Below are positions 40,615-50,321 of a DNA stretch of 64,000 nucleotides, piece by piece. Below the pieces are notes generated by a model. It was not told where the DNA came from and did no database searches. It saw nothing but the letters and a program-made list of their open reading frames with translations. Origin of the DNA: an uncultured Nitrososphaerota archaeon (GTDB lineage: Archaea; Thermoproteota; EX4484-205; JAAOZO01). Within the stretch, counting starts at the first letter, position 1; every line of letters starts with the position of its first letter. Both the position numbers and the translations under genes were made by a program. The stretch spans positions 32,001 through 96,000 of the forward strand of contig CAYOYV010000001.1 of the NCBI GenBank assembly GCA_964408285.1, read 5' to 3'.

Positions 40615-41661
40615 TCACTTCACGGGATGGATGCCACCGAGTTCTGTGATTACGGTTGGGTGGAGGTTCTTGTCGATAGAATACGATCTCTTGGCTTGAC
40701 GAAAATCGTTCTGGACAAGCACAATATCCCTCGTCCTATTCCCTTTGAGATGAAGAAACGTTCCGGTTCCCATCGAAGCTGCGCAGTTGCGGACCGTGGC
40801 GTTCTCAACCTGATCGAATACGATTGCTGGGTTTTTCCCGTCCGCCTTGACCTGCCGCGCGCGCTATTCCCCTGTCTGCCCCGGTCACCACACAATTGTC
40901 AATGGTCACGTTGCGGATGCAATTCATGTTTCGGTCAGAGAACTTTATGGCACTCGACGCCGAAGTGAGCCGGCAATTCGTGACGGTTATATTCTCACAT
41001 TGGAGCGCCGGACCGTACCAGTCCATGGAATAGAAGACGAGAGCGTCATCACCAGTCTCGATGGTGCAATTCGAAATCCTGAGATCCTTGCATCCATCAG
41101 GATCGATTCCATCGGCCCAGACCGCGTCCTTTACGCTCGTGTGGATGTAAACTCCATCGATGACTGTGCGCTGACAACCATATAGGTGCATTGTCCAAGA
41201 GGGCGAATCGAGTAAGGATAAGCCAGAGATTCTGACATCGTTCCAACGTGGCAGGAGGATGAGCTTGCCATATTGATCCGTTTTCGGGAATGAACGTCCG
41301 ATGGACTTACCTAGGGCTATCATGATCTCCCTATTCGGACGAATGAAATCATCCTCATGGTCATCGAGGCGCCATTCGTATTGCGCTTGACCATCAATCG
41401 TACCGCGACCCTCGATCGATATATTCTCAAGGCCATCCCCGAAGATCAGTGCATCTTGGTCAAATGCCTACCGCTTTTTTGCAGAATAGATGGTTGCCCC
41501 TGGCTCAATGTAGAGAGTCACGTGACTACGCAGATGAATCGTGCCGGTCGTGTATTGACCCGGTCGGAAGCGCACGACACCTCCCCCAGACTGAACGCAG
41601 GCTTCGAAGTTCTTCCGGAGATGTGGTTGGGCCGTTTCTTGCCTTCAGATAGCTCTCCCAT
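40615..41661 (-). pseudogene. GH28 (polygalacturonase-like) pseudogene
   Basis: GGGVVRFRPGQYTTGTIHLRSHVTL, in-frame TAG at 41468-41470, WADGIDPD/TGDDA catalytic motifs, then a frame-shifting internal deletion near 40860 joining to a C-terminal piece ending at TGA 40615. Confidence 0.85.
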
Positions 41662-41781
41662 TTCTTGTCGATATGAACGATTTGGAGAGTTGAAAGGTAT
41701 ATCCTTTCTTGATCTGAGTCAAGCGCCCGGCGCGCGATTTGAATTGTGTGGACTATTTCAGAAATTGATTCCCACGTCCTC

Positions 41782-42912
41782 TCATGGTCTGAAAAGCAGG
41801 TCGTGAACGCGGGGCATATACTCCTTCACCGGTATATGCTGAGGACACTTCTCCTCGCAACTTCCGCATGCTGCGCAGGCGCTTGCCCTTTGCTCTTTGG
41901 GCATCCATCTGCTATAGCTCTCTCTACTGACATCCGGCTTGTTATAGGCTATTGCGATGTTATAGAGTTCCAGATTCCGAGGTATATTGACTCCGTTCGG
42001 ACATGGCATGCAGTAACCACACTTAGTGCACTCTATCGGCCAGATTTCTCTGTATTTCTCGTGCACTTTGGCCACAAGACCGAGATCATCCTCTGACAGG
42101 GTACCAACGCCTGATTTCGATGCGCTTTCAATATTCTGTTCGACCTGTTCCATTGTGCTCATTCCGCTAAGTACGACAGAAACCTCCGGCTTGTTCCAGA
42201 GCCATTGAAGTGCCATGTTCACCGGATTCTTGCCTGCCCGATTCCATATTTCCTTCACGGGATCCGGCGGGTTCGTTAGCATCCCTCCGAGAAGGGGCTC
42301 CATGATCACAACCGCAAGTCCCTTCGCTGCCGCGTACTCGAGTCCCTTTGTGCCAGCTTGGACATCCTCGTTTTCGTAGTTGTACTGTATCTGGCAAAAC
42401 GTCCAGTCATGAGAATCTACGATTTTCTTGAACGCTTCGAATCGATCATGGAAGCTGAAGCCAACTCGTCGTAGCTTCCCTTCGGACATCTTCCGATCAA
42501 TCCAATCGAAGACATTTAGCTCCGATAGGCTAACCCATCTCTGTTCGTTGAGATCATGAAGAAGGTAGAAGTCCAGATAGTCAGTTCTCAGCCTTAAGAG
42601 TTGTTCTGCTAGGATTCTGTCCATATCGGCGCGTGATTTTACGACCCAGCTGGGGAGCTTGGTTGCCAATCTTGTCCTCGCCCGATATCCGTCCATCAGG
42701 GCCTTGCCGAGTATGATCTCCGAATTCCCTCCGTGATAGGTGTGGGCAGTGTCGATGTAGTTGACCCCGTGGTCGATGGCATACCTTATCATCTTGATTG
42801 CCTCGGGTTCGTTCACTTTGTTCCAATCATCTGCTATTCTAGGAAGACGCATGCATCCAAAACCCAGAGCAGAGACCTCCCAGTCTAGCTGTCCGAATTT
42901 TCGGTATTTCAT
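41782..42912 (-). CDS. Aldo/keto reductase with C-terminal 4Fe-4S dicluster
   Basis: LGFGCMRLP, DTAHTY, MEPLLGG, CTKCGYCMPCP and CAACGSCEEKCP. Confidence 0.95.
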   Translation of the reverse strand: MKYRKFGQLDWEVSALGFGCMRLPRIADDWNKVNEPEAIKMIRYAIDHGVNYIDTAHTYHGGNSEIILGKALMDGYRARTRLATKLPSWVVKSRADMDRILAEQLLRLRTDYLDFYLLHDLNEQRWVSLSELNVFDWIDRKMSEGKLRRVGFSFHDRFEAFKKIVDSHDWTFCQIQYNYENEDVQAGTKGLEYAAAKGLAVVIMEPLLGGMLTNPPDPVKEIWNRAGKNPVNMALQWLWNKPEVSVVLSGMSTMEQVEQNIESASKSGVGTLSEDDLGLVAKVHEKYREIWPIECTKCGYCMPCPNGVNIPRNLELYNIAIAYNKPDVSRESYSRWMPKEQRASACAACGSCEEKCPQHIPVKEYMPRVHDLLFRP

Positions 42913-43042
42913 ACTGCCTTCCGAGTGAATCCGGATGCTCCTTTATAAATAGAGCCCACTCTCGTCTTCGGGTCGAATCAGGTTTCTCGCTTCTCGAACT
43001 CGATGAGGAGGACTTAAAAGCAAACGGTGCCTGAATGAGGAA

Positions 43043-43870
43043 GTGAAAAACCCCATCTCTGTTTCCAGCGCCCCCATAGCAAAGCTGGGCGGCAAGAAGT
43101 ATTTCGATCTGGCTGGAACGATTGAGGTAATGAAGCGCATTCTCGCTGAATCAGTAGTGGACGGATTCGAGCTGCAGCTGGAACCGGAATGGGACAAGGA
43201 GAATCCTCCCCTGACGGATGGCCAATATGAGGAATGGACAAGGACGCGGAAATACGACGTCGATGATATAGTTGACCTTGTTCGGGAAGAAGGTCTCCCA
43301 ATCCTCTCGGTCCACGGCAGCAGAGACATCGGGAACTACCTATGTGCGACTCGAAGAAAGGACCGCGAAAGGGGGAAACGCCTGATTGGTAATACGGTAC
43401 ACATTGCCAAGAGCCTCGGTGCCAGTATCTGCGTGTTTCATCTTTGGGACACCTGGAGTTCTGCATTCGATGTCGACGGCCTGAGGGCTGCCTTTTCAAG
43501 GGAAATGGACCTATTCCCTGAAGTCAAGGGCTCGGTCGAGAATATACCGACTCATCTGGCAGGTCACACTCCATTCTCCCTGTCGAGGTCATTCGATTTC
43601 CTCACTCTTGATCTGAGATGGGCGAAGATGTACCGAGAGTTGGAAGCCTTTGAGTCGTTAGCTCGGAAGATAGTAAACATCCATCTGCACGCAGAACTAG
43701 GGCCAGGCGGCTGGGCGTTAGATGGTTCAGGTCAGGATTTCCATAGATATCTCGATGTGATCATTGAGAGGTGGCACTATTCAGGGCTTCTCACCGTTGA
43801 GCCCAGAGGAAGCATGGATCCTTCAGCTTTTCATCATTTCGTAGAGGCAATGCGTTCGATCAGAGTCTGA
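43043..43870 (+). CDS. AP-endonuclease-2 / sugar isomerase TIM-barrel protein
   Basis: DGFEL, SVH, VFH, SVENIP, NIHL, TVEP. Confidence 0.75.
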   Translation: MKNPISVSSAPIAKLGGKKYFDLAGTIEVMKRILAESVVDGFELQLEPEWDKENPPLTDGQYEEWTRTRKYDVDDIVDLVREEGLPILSVHGSRDIGNYLCATRRKDRERGKRLIGNTVHIAKSLGASICVFHLWDTWSSAFDVDGLRAAFSREMDLFPEVKGSVENIPTHLAGHTPFSLSRSFDFLTLDLRWAKMYRELEAFESLARKIVNIHLHAELGPGGWALDGSGQDFHRYLDVIIERWHYSGLLTVEPRGSMDPSAFHHFVEAMRSIRV

Positions 43871-43945
43871 AATAGATTCATGGTCCATGAATGGACACTC
43901 ACCCCTCTTCTCGAGGTACTCCGTGCTTGCCGGGATGCCAAGTTG

Positions 43946-45241
43946 CTATTCGTATACTATCGATTCTACTACAAAGAATGGAAATACCGATGCCAGAGAT
44001 ATCATAAGCGATATCGCAAACAAGACTACGCTGGAGATGGATATGCCATTGGAGTCTCCTCTTGACATCCAGTTATCTTGTCTCCATGCGGTCAACCCAG
44101 CATAGATATTGAGGGGAAGCATGACGAATAGACTCAATATGGCTTGCACCGGAAGCCACAAGATTTCAAGCGGTTTCCCATGGTATATAGTCTGCAGTAA
44201 AGCAGTAACCATCGTTGCCCCTATTATGGCTATTATCAACGCTTGCCACCATGCCCAAGCCCACCAATAGAAGGGCAGTCTGAAGAAGAACCAATCAAGT
44301 ATGATGACAGCTGCCAAGACGTATGACCTAGTATAATATGTGAAGCACTTGTAACGGTATGTGAAGGATGGGGATACATTTTCATACAAGTCCTTTAGGA
44401 AGAACTTCGTCCCGCTGCGCCTCCACCTTATCTGTTGTTTGAGGAACTCAGAGAAGCTGTCAGGTGCCCTTGTCAGGATCTTGGCAGTGCTCTGGATCAC
44501 GGTCTTGAACCCCTTCTTAAGAGCCTGTCTGCTCAGGAATCTATCATCGCCGATCATTCCACGCACACCAAGCCATCGCTCGTTGAGGAATTCATCAGAA
44601 ACCGAGAGTAGGAATTCTCGCCGCCAAGCCGCGCACCTACCATCAACAACCACCAATCCCTCATTCAGCCCCATATCGTTTACTATCCTATTCGCCTCAA
44701 TGAGCCTTGACATGGCTGAGGAGATACCTGAGGAACTTGGTGTGGATGTGTGCCATGCAGATACTGCCACGATCTCGGGATCATCAAAGGGCTTAGTTAT
44801 TTCATCGAGGCAGGCCGGCTCGAGAATGACATCCGAATCTATGTTGACGACAATTTCATTCCGGGCTCTTCTGCATCCTTCGACGAGAGCTTGTCTCTTT
44901 CCTCTCCTAGTCTCGCTTCTATATAGCTCGGCGTATGTGCTGGCAATCGCAGCAAGCCTTCCGTCCTTTCCATCGAGACAGACGATTAGCTGGTCTGGAT
45001 TCTGATCAGCGATTGACTTCAGGCATTTCTCAAAAAGCTCATGGTTCTCAGCATAGACTGGAACGACCACTGTGACCTTCCTCTTCCTATCGGACTGATA
45101 GCTTCTGTACTTTCTGCTGTGATACTTGATGAGAACATGTGAGGTCAAGGTGAAGAACATGAAAAAGAAGAAGAGAAGGTGAATATTGTGATAGATGACT
45201 ATGCTCAGAAGCTGGAGGGTCTCAACTATCATATGCTTCAC
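43946..45241 (-). CDS. GT2 hyaluronan-synthase/NodC-like processive glycosyltransferase
   Basis: GKRQAL, IDSD, GRCAAWR, GDDRFLS, QSTA, FLKQQIRW; multiple TM helices. Confidence 0.85.
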   Translation of the reverse strand: MKHMIVETLQLLSIVIYHNIHLLFFFFMFFTLTSHVLIKYHSRKYRSYQSDRKRKVTVVVPVYAENHELFEKCLKSIADQNPDQLIVCLDGKDGRLAAIASTYAELYRSETRRGKRQALVEGCRRARNEIVVNIDSDVILEPACLDEITKPFDDPEIVAVSAWHTSTPSSSGISSAMSRLIEANRIVNDMGLNEGLVVVDGRCAAWRREFLLSVSDEFLNERWLGVRGMIGDDRFLSRQALKKGFKTVIQSTAKILTRAPDSFSEFLKQQIRWRRSGTKFFLKDLYENVSPSFTYRYKCFTYYTRSYVLAAVIILDWFFFRLPFYWWAWAWWQALIIAIIGATMVTALLQTIYHGKPLEILWLPVQAILSLFVMLPLNIYAGLTAWRQDNWMSRGDSNGISISSVVLFAISLMISLASVFPFFVVESIVYE

Positions 45242-45573
45242 CCCTCGGACTTACGGTCAGGCGCTTCGGGCAGAAGAAAGATCGGGACTTCAGAAATGGT
45301 TTCTGGCTGATGGCCATGGCAAGTATTGTGATTTTAGTTTCTTAAGGCTTTTATGCCGGACAGGATAGCTTTTTAATGGACTTTGAAACGTAGCGCGATT
45401 CGGGGACCGCGTGCAAGCTTCTAAACCCGCCAAACCCCCGAATTCGCTCAGATAATGTAGGCATGTGCATCCTGCTCAGCGCGGGCATTCTAAGCAAACT
45501 CACCAAACTTGTACCCGACCCGGTCACCGATTGCTTGCATTCTCCGTGAGCGTTGACTACCGATTGCTTTGAT

Positions 45574-47478
45574 CTAGAAATGCAAGGGCTTTACAATAGA
45601 CCCCAAACAAACCCTTCTGTCGTCTATGATAGGCGCAGTCGCAGAAGTCTCAATATGGAAGGGATTGACGAGGGTTCTATCTATGTAGCTTCTGAATCTC
45701 TCGTTTTCCTCGCTGTCCCAGAATATCCAGATTCCAAGTCCCCTTTTTTCCACTGTGTCATCAGAGAGATTTAGTACGCAATCTATACGACTCCTGACTC
45801 TCAAGACCCATTGGCTGATTGAGCTCGCATTGTTGCAGCCGGTGACTATTGTCTGATGTTCGAAGGCTGACCCATATAGAGCCAGTGCTTCGTCCGAGTA
45901 TAACTCAGTCAGAATGGTCAGGTTCAGCTCATTGGCGAGATAAGCCATACCTGATTCGACTACCTTCTGCACAAAGGGTTGATCGATCCAGACTTGATAT
46001 TTGTGCCGCACTTCGTAAGGAAGGGATTCCCAAAAGGTCCGAATCTCGCTAGGACACGCCGGTCTCCCGCGCCAGCCATACCAGACGGCAATGCCCTTGG
46101 TTCTGGGCAGACGAGAAAGGAATCTCATGTCGCTAACCATCAGGTCGTATTTCATGGAACCCGGCGATAGATAGTCCCATTCTGGGCCATACTTGTCCTT
46201 CGGCAGTAGGATGTAAAGAATCTGAAGCCCCACCTCGCCTGCCAAAGAGTCCATCTCATTCATATTATGATAGAATAGTTCTGTATCCTCAATTGGAATC
46301 ATGATCATTATATATCCATATTTCTGCGCTATCAATCTTAGATCGCTCATGATATTGGATCTTGATTCGGAGACATTTGAATGCACATAGAAGTATATCC
46401 TACTTCCATAGGTTCGTTTCCAGTATGCGCTTGATGCACCCGAGGGCAGGATGTATACTATTCCAGAATCTTCAGAGTTGAAGCACCGTGAACCCTGCCT
46501 CAAGTCGATCCTGAGCCCGTAGATTCGATTAACCAGAAACTCAGCTATCATGGAAGCCCTGTCGATTGCCCCTAGCCTATCGCCGATTGCCCCGATCTTC
46601 ACGAAGGAACCTTCTCCCACCTTCAGAAGGCCAGGATCGACAACTGCAGTGCTCCCTATCCAAGAAAATCCGTAGACTTCATTTCCAAATCCTTCGATGG
46701 ATTCTGCGTCGAAGGGTCTGAGACTTATTACTGAGCGTGCGCTTGGCATGTATGTGATTCCCAGATCATTCATCTGGAGATCAATCGGCTGGTCTTGAGT
46801 GAGTGATTTCAGTGAAATCGTCACTCGTCTTCCAAATGGGATACTCTCGATTCCTGTTTTGTGGACACATGAACCGTTTCTGAAACCTATGAAGTAGAAT
46901 TCCCAATCCCCAGTCCATATCACTGTGCCTCCACGGTACAACCACGAGACTATTGGGGAAGACGGACTGCCATTCCAGATAGTATCGGGAGCTATGTCTT
47001 GAGAAAACACGAGGATAGATCTCCTTGGATCGCTGCTCAAGAGATTCTCCTTCAACTGGTCGGCGTCTAGCACGAGATACTCGACTCCCATGCTCCCCAA
47101 CACACGTTCCAGATATCTGACCAAGAAATCAGACGTATCCTTGCTGCACCAAGAGTTGGGATATCTCTGATCGTGATAGATAAGGGTCCTGATTTGCAAC
47201 GGATACCCCATTGCGTCATCGAGGGATTCAACCAGCCTTGGTGCGTAAACGTTGATTCTGTCCTCTGTGAGACCTCTGATGCCAGCCGTCTCGAATCCAG
47301 TTCGAAGGCGATTTTGATCCTCAGTACGAAGAACTGGATCTTGAATTCCGAAATCCTTCCCAGCACACGATGAGCTGGCATGGACACTATCCAACGCCTG
47401 TCGAAGGCTAATCGCACCCGCGAGAACAATGAAGACGAGCACCAGAGTAATGCCCTTGCCTTCTTGACGATGCGGCAT
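45574..47478 (-). CDS. Secreted/membrane-anchored hypothetical protein (634 aa)
   Basis: N-terminal TM/signal; GATase-like segment (WLYRGGTVIWTG); aromatic-rich putative barrel in the C-terminal half. Confidence 0.75.
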   Translation of the reverse strand: MPHRQEGKGITLVLVFIVLAGAISLRQALDSVHASSSCAGKDFGIQDPVLRTEDQNRLRTGFETAGIRGLTEDRINVYAPRLVESLDDAMGYPLQIRTLIYHDQRYPNSWCSKDTSDFLVRYLERVLGSMGVEYLVLDADQLKENLLSSDPRRSILVFSQDIAPDTIWNGSPSSPIVSWLYRGGTVIWTGDWEFYFIGFRNGSCVHKTGIESIPFGRRVTISLKSLTQDQPIDLQMNDLGITYMPSARSVISLRPFDAESIEGFGNEVYGFSWIGSTAVVDPGLLKVGEGSFVKIGAIGDRLGAIDRASMIAEFLVNRIYGLRIDLRQGSRCFNSEDSGIVYILPSGASSAYWKRTYGSRIYFYVHSNVSESRSNIMSDLRLIAQKYGYIMIMIPIEDTELFYHNMNEMDSLAGEVGLQILYILLPKDKYGPEWDYLSPGSMKYDLMVSDMRFLSRLPRTKGIAVWYGWRGRPACPSEIRTFWESLPYEVRHKYQVWIDQPFVQKVVESGMAYLANELNLTILTELYSDEALALYGSAFEHQTIVTGCNNASSISQWVLRVRSRIDCVLNLSDDTVEKRGLGIWIFWDSEENERFRSYIDRTLVNPFHIETSATAPIIDDRRVCLGSIVKPLHF

Positions 47479-47871
47479 TCCTTGCCGCCGGGATCAAATG
47501 ATGATTTGCGACATATCGGTTTGTATGTAATCTTCGTTAACGACTGATGCATCTTCGATTTCCGATTCTACCTTTCTCGCCGACAAGAAGGCGATAGGAC
47601 GTGAATCGAGGTCGTCCCACATGGCCAGTTGAGCTATGGCAGTAGACCTCGGCGTCCATCGTAAATAGCGATCTGACAGTGAGAAGAACGCAATGCTCCA
47701 AGCTATGACAGTCTCAAGCTCAATGGCAAATCAAATGAGAGATACCATGGTGGACTTGCTGATGAGTCCCAACGTGGGCGGTGGTCTCCCATAGATCAAA
47801 TATGACGTAGTCCCCTACATCGCTGAAGCCCACAGCTTAATATGGCGCCGCCTTGTCTGCCATATTGCAGA

Positions 47872-48654
47872 ATGACCATTGATCCTAATTTGAAGTCAAG
47901 CGACGGAATTGGAATATCGTATCGGGAAATGGGATCTGGAAGTCCAATTGTCTTCGTCCATGGCTGGGCGGCCACGATGAATTTTTGGGAACGTCAGATG
48001 AAACAGCTCTCAGAAAGATTCCGGACTATCGCATTGGATTTAAGAGGCCATGGGGACTCAGGAGGAAAACCTGGCATCGATTATTCGATTTCAAGAATGA
48101 GCGATGACATTCATGAACTGGTGGACGGCCTAGGATTGAAGGACTGTTTATTCGTCGGCCACAGCCTCGGGGCCGCGATAGTCGTCAAATTCGTCGCCAA
48201 ATATGGAATGACGTCTGGAATCGTCCTTACCGGGGCCTCCAGACAAATCCAGAGCGGACTCTCCGTCTTCTTTCTAGAACTCCTGATGAGATTCAGAGGT
48301 CTGGCTGAGAAGGTAGTCACTCCTAGGATGTTTGCCCCCAATGCACCAGGCGAGCTACTTGAATTCGTAAGGAGTGAATCGAAAAGATCATCAGCAGAAG
48401 TTCTTATGGCAGTGATGCGGCAGATTGCGGGGGCCGATTCTATAACCGATTTGAAGAAGATCGAGGTTCCAGCCATTGTCGTCGCCGGCGAATTCGACGG
48501 CATAATTGCACCTGAGGAGCAAAGGAGGGTCGCTGACATTCTGGACGCAAAATTCATCGTCATGAAGGGCGCAGGTCACAATCTCATGCTAGAGGAACCT
48601 GGTGCATTCAGTAAGCTGATAGAAGAGTTCGCACTAAGTTTATCTATTCGCTGA
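47872..48654 (+). CDS. Alpha/beta fold hydrolase
   Basis: FVHGW, DLRGHGDS, GHSLG, GEFD, AGH. Confidence 0.93.
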   Translation: MTIDPNLKSSDGIGISYREMGSGSPIVFVHGWAATMNFWERQMKQLSERFRTIALDLRGHGDSGGKPGIDYSISRMSDDIHELVDGLGLKDCLFVGHSLGAAIVVKFVAKYGMTSGIVLTGASRQIQSGLSVFFLELLMRFRGLAEKVVTPRMFAPNAPGELLEFVRSESKRSSAEVLMAVMRQIAGADSITDLKKIEVPAIVVAGEFDGIIAPEEQRRVADILDAKFIVMKGAGHNLMLEEPGAFSKLIEEFALSLSIR

Positions 48655-48678
48655 AGCATAAGAAATTCGGAATAGATA

Positions 48679-48858
48679 ATGGAGCCAGAGGATCATCAGA
48701 AGGGACCGATGAACGAAAAGGAGAAGAGCGTGACCAAAGATGAAGACAAAAGGATGGCAAGGATATTCCTTCTTGCCATTGGAGCGGCAGTGATCGTTCT
48801 TGTCATCGTCTTTGTTTTCGTTTTCGGTAAGATATCCGTGGGGCCAACTGGATATTGA
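48679..48858 (+). CDS. Small single-pass membrane protein (59 aa), below ORF-track cutoff
   Basis: MEPEDHQKGPMNEKEKSVTKDEDKRMARIFLLAIGAAVIVLVIVFVFVFGKISVGPTGY: charged N-terminus plus about 21-residue TM helix. Confidence 0.65.
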   Translation: MEPEDHQKGPMNEKEKSVTKDEDKRMARIFLLAIGAAVIVLVIVFVFVFGKISVGPTGY

Positions 48859-48946
48859 GGCTCGGTCGACGTTCTGGGCGAAGGGATGGCAAGCTAGATA
48901 GCTGATAAGAGATTTCCAGACGCGCGCCACGGACCTGAAATGGATC

Positions 48947-50026
48947 TTAACATAACCTTCCAGAGACTGGAAGCAATGCTGGGAAAGAGGCGTGGGGTTC
49001 AATCTGATACCAATAGGCGACGCTCGACCAATCATCGGCCCTGTCGTTTCCGTGTCCATGTTCACATGTCACGGCAATTCTCCTCTGAAATGGAATCGGA
49101 TCTTGGATGTGAAATCTGTAGACAGACCATTGATTGCTCTTTCCGGACAGACTTCCCCACTGCCCTTGGTACATGGCGCCGGGAAGCGAAACACCATGAT
49201 ATAGACCGTAGGCAGTATCGCGTACCGGGAATTCATATGAGAAGTTCATGAAATCCTCAGTACCAGTACCATGCAAGCTGGGAGGCCACTTAAGCGTTCC
49301 ATCGTCCTCGATTTCATCATCGACAAATATCATATCATCGCCTTCCCCAAACCAGCCTGGGGAAAGAGCTCGCACGCTCAAAACGCAACCAGCGTATTGA
49401 CCTCGTCCCTTTGCTTCCAAGATCCTGTAATTCCCCGCTGCGCTCGTGTTCTTGATCTCCGAACCATCTAGCGGTTTTGGCATGGCCTTTGTTGGATTCT
49501 CCCTTCTCCACGTGGCGTGAAAACGGCCAAGGTCCTCAGGAATTGAACCGTGTTCCTCGTAGTCGACGTAGAAGTAGTGAACGTATGGGTTCTCGCATTC
49601 ATTCTCCAGTTCAACCTTTGCTTCTTCCTGAAACGGCATGGGGAACCAACAGTTCCTAGCAGGGCGAGTCGGAGAGTCAGCTACATACATCGAAAGGGGG
49701 GCGGAAAAGAAACTACCCACTGCCCCGTGACCTACTCCGAAGAAATCCCCCAAGGGTACTTCCACGCTAGGATCACGTTCACCATCCCAATACATCCTTA
49801 GAAGCACCTTTCGATGGTAATATTCTGAGTCACAACCTCCTCCGAACCACATATGTCGGATGACGCCTGGGCCCTTGATTTGTGCAAAGCATTTCGCTTC
49901 TCCAGGATCAATGACCATGTAGTCTGCATTTCCTCCCGATCGATCATAGCTCGACATCCTCTTGGCTCTGCAATTGCGGAGTTTGGCCAGACTGCCCAAC
50001 GCTCCATAGCCATATGTAAGATCCAT
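48947..50026 (-). CDS. GH172 / DUF2961 family glycoside hydrolase
   Basis: SSYDRSGGNAD, GPGVIRHMW, PLGDFFG, GEGDDMIFVD, GTGTED, SSVAYWYQ; ORF open to 50083. Confidence 0.92.
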   Translation of the reverse strand: MDLTYGYGALGSLAKLRNCRAKRMSSYDRSGGNADYMVIDPGEAKCFAQIKGPGVIRHMWFGGGCDSEYYHRKVLLRMYWDGERDPSVEVPLGDFFGVGHGAVGSFFSAPLSMYVADSPTRPARNCWFPMPFQEEAKVELENECENPYVHYFYVDYEEHGSIPEDLGRFHATWRRENPTKAMPKPLDGSEIKNTSAAGNYRILEAKGRGQYAGCVLSVRALSPGWFGEGDDMIFVDDEIEDDGTLKWPPSLHGTGTEDFMNFSYEFPVRDTAYGLYHGVSLPGAMYQGQWGSLSGKSNQWSVYRFHIQDPIPFQRRIAVTCEHGHGNDRADDWSSVAYWYQIEPHASFPALLPVSGRLC

Positions 50027-50321
50027 GAGTTGGCTTTTGATTATTACTCCAAGCCATAATAAAGTTTGCGAACTGCCATTCAAAGCAACGGATCAAGTAA
50101 ATGCGACCCTGAACTCTCGCGCTTGATGCACACGTTTTGCACAGCTCTGACCCACCTTGGTTGCCCTTCGTCCTGCTTTCCTTTCTCGGTAACGGATCAA
50201 TCTGAGACGAAGCGCCAGCACCACCGCGCGCACCAACTGCCGTGCTAGAGCTTATCAGGAAGTAGAATACCAATTGCTTATAGGCTTAGGAACGTAAGTC
50301 CAGCTTGGTCGGCAGAATTAG

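Noticed and set aside
41468-41470. TAG as pyrrolysine / recoded genome
   Set aside because: The same gene has other lesions, TAG terminates conserved genes at their normal ends (e.g. the thermosome), and no pyl genes are in the window.
41357-41806. 149-aa plus-strand ORF
   Set aside because: It is antisense to the GH28 pseudogene, which explains the sequence.
45526-45570. Direct repeat ACCGATTGCTT (two copies); also AACGGATCAA at about 50087 and 50191
   Set aside because: Only two short copies each, compatible with chance.
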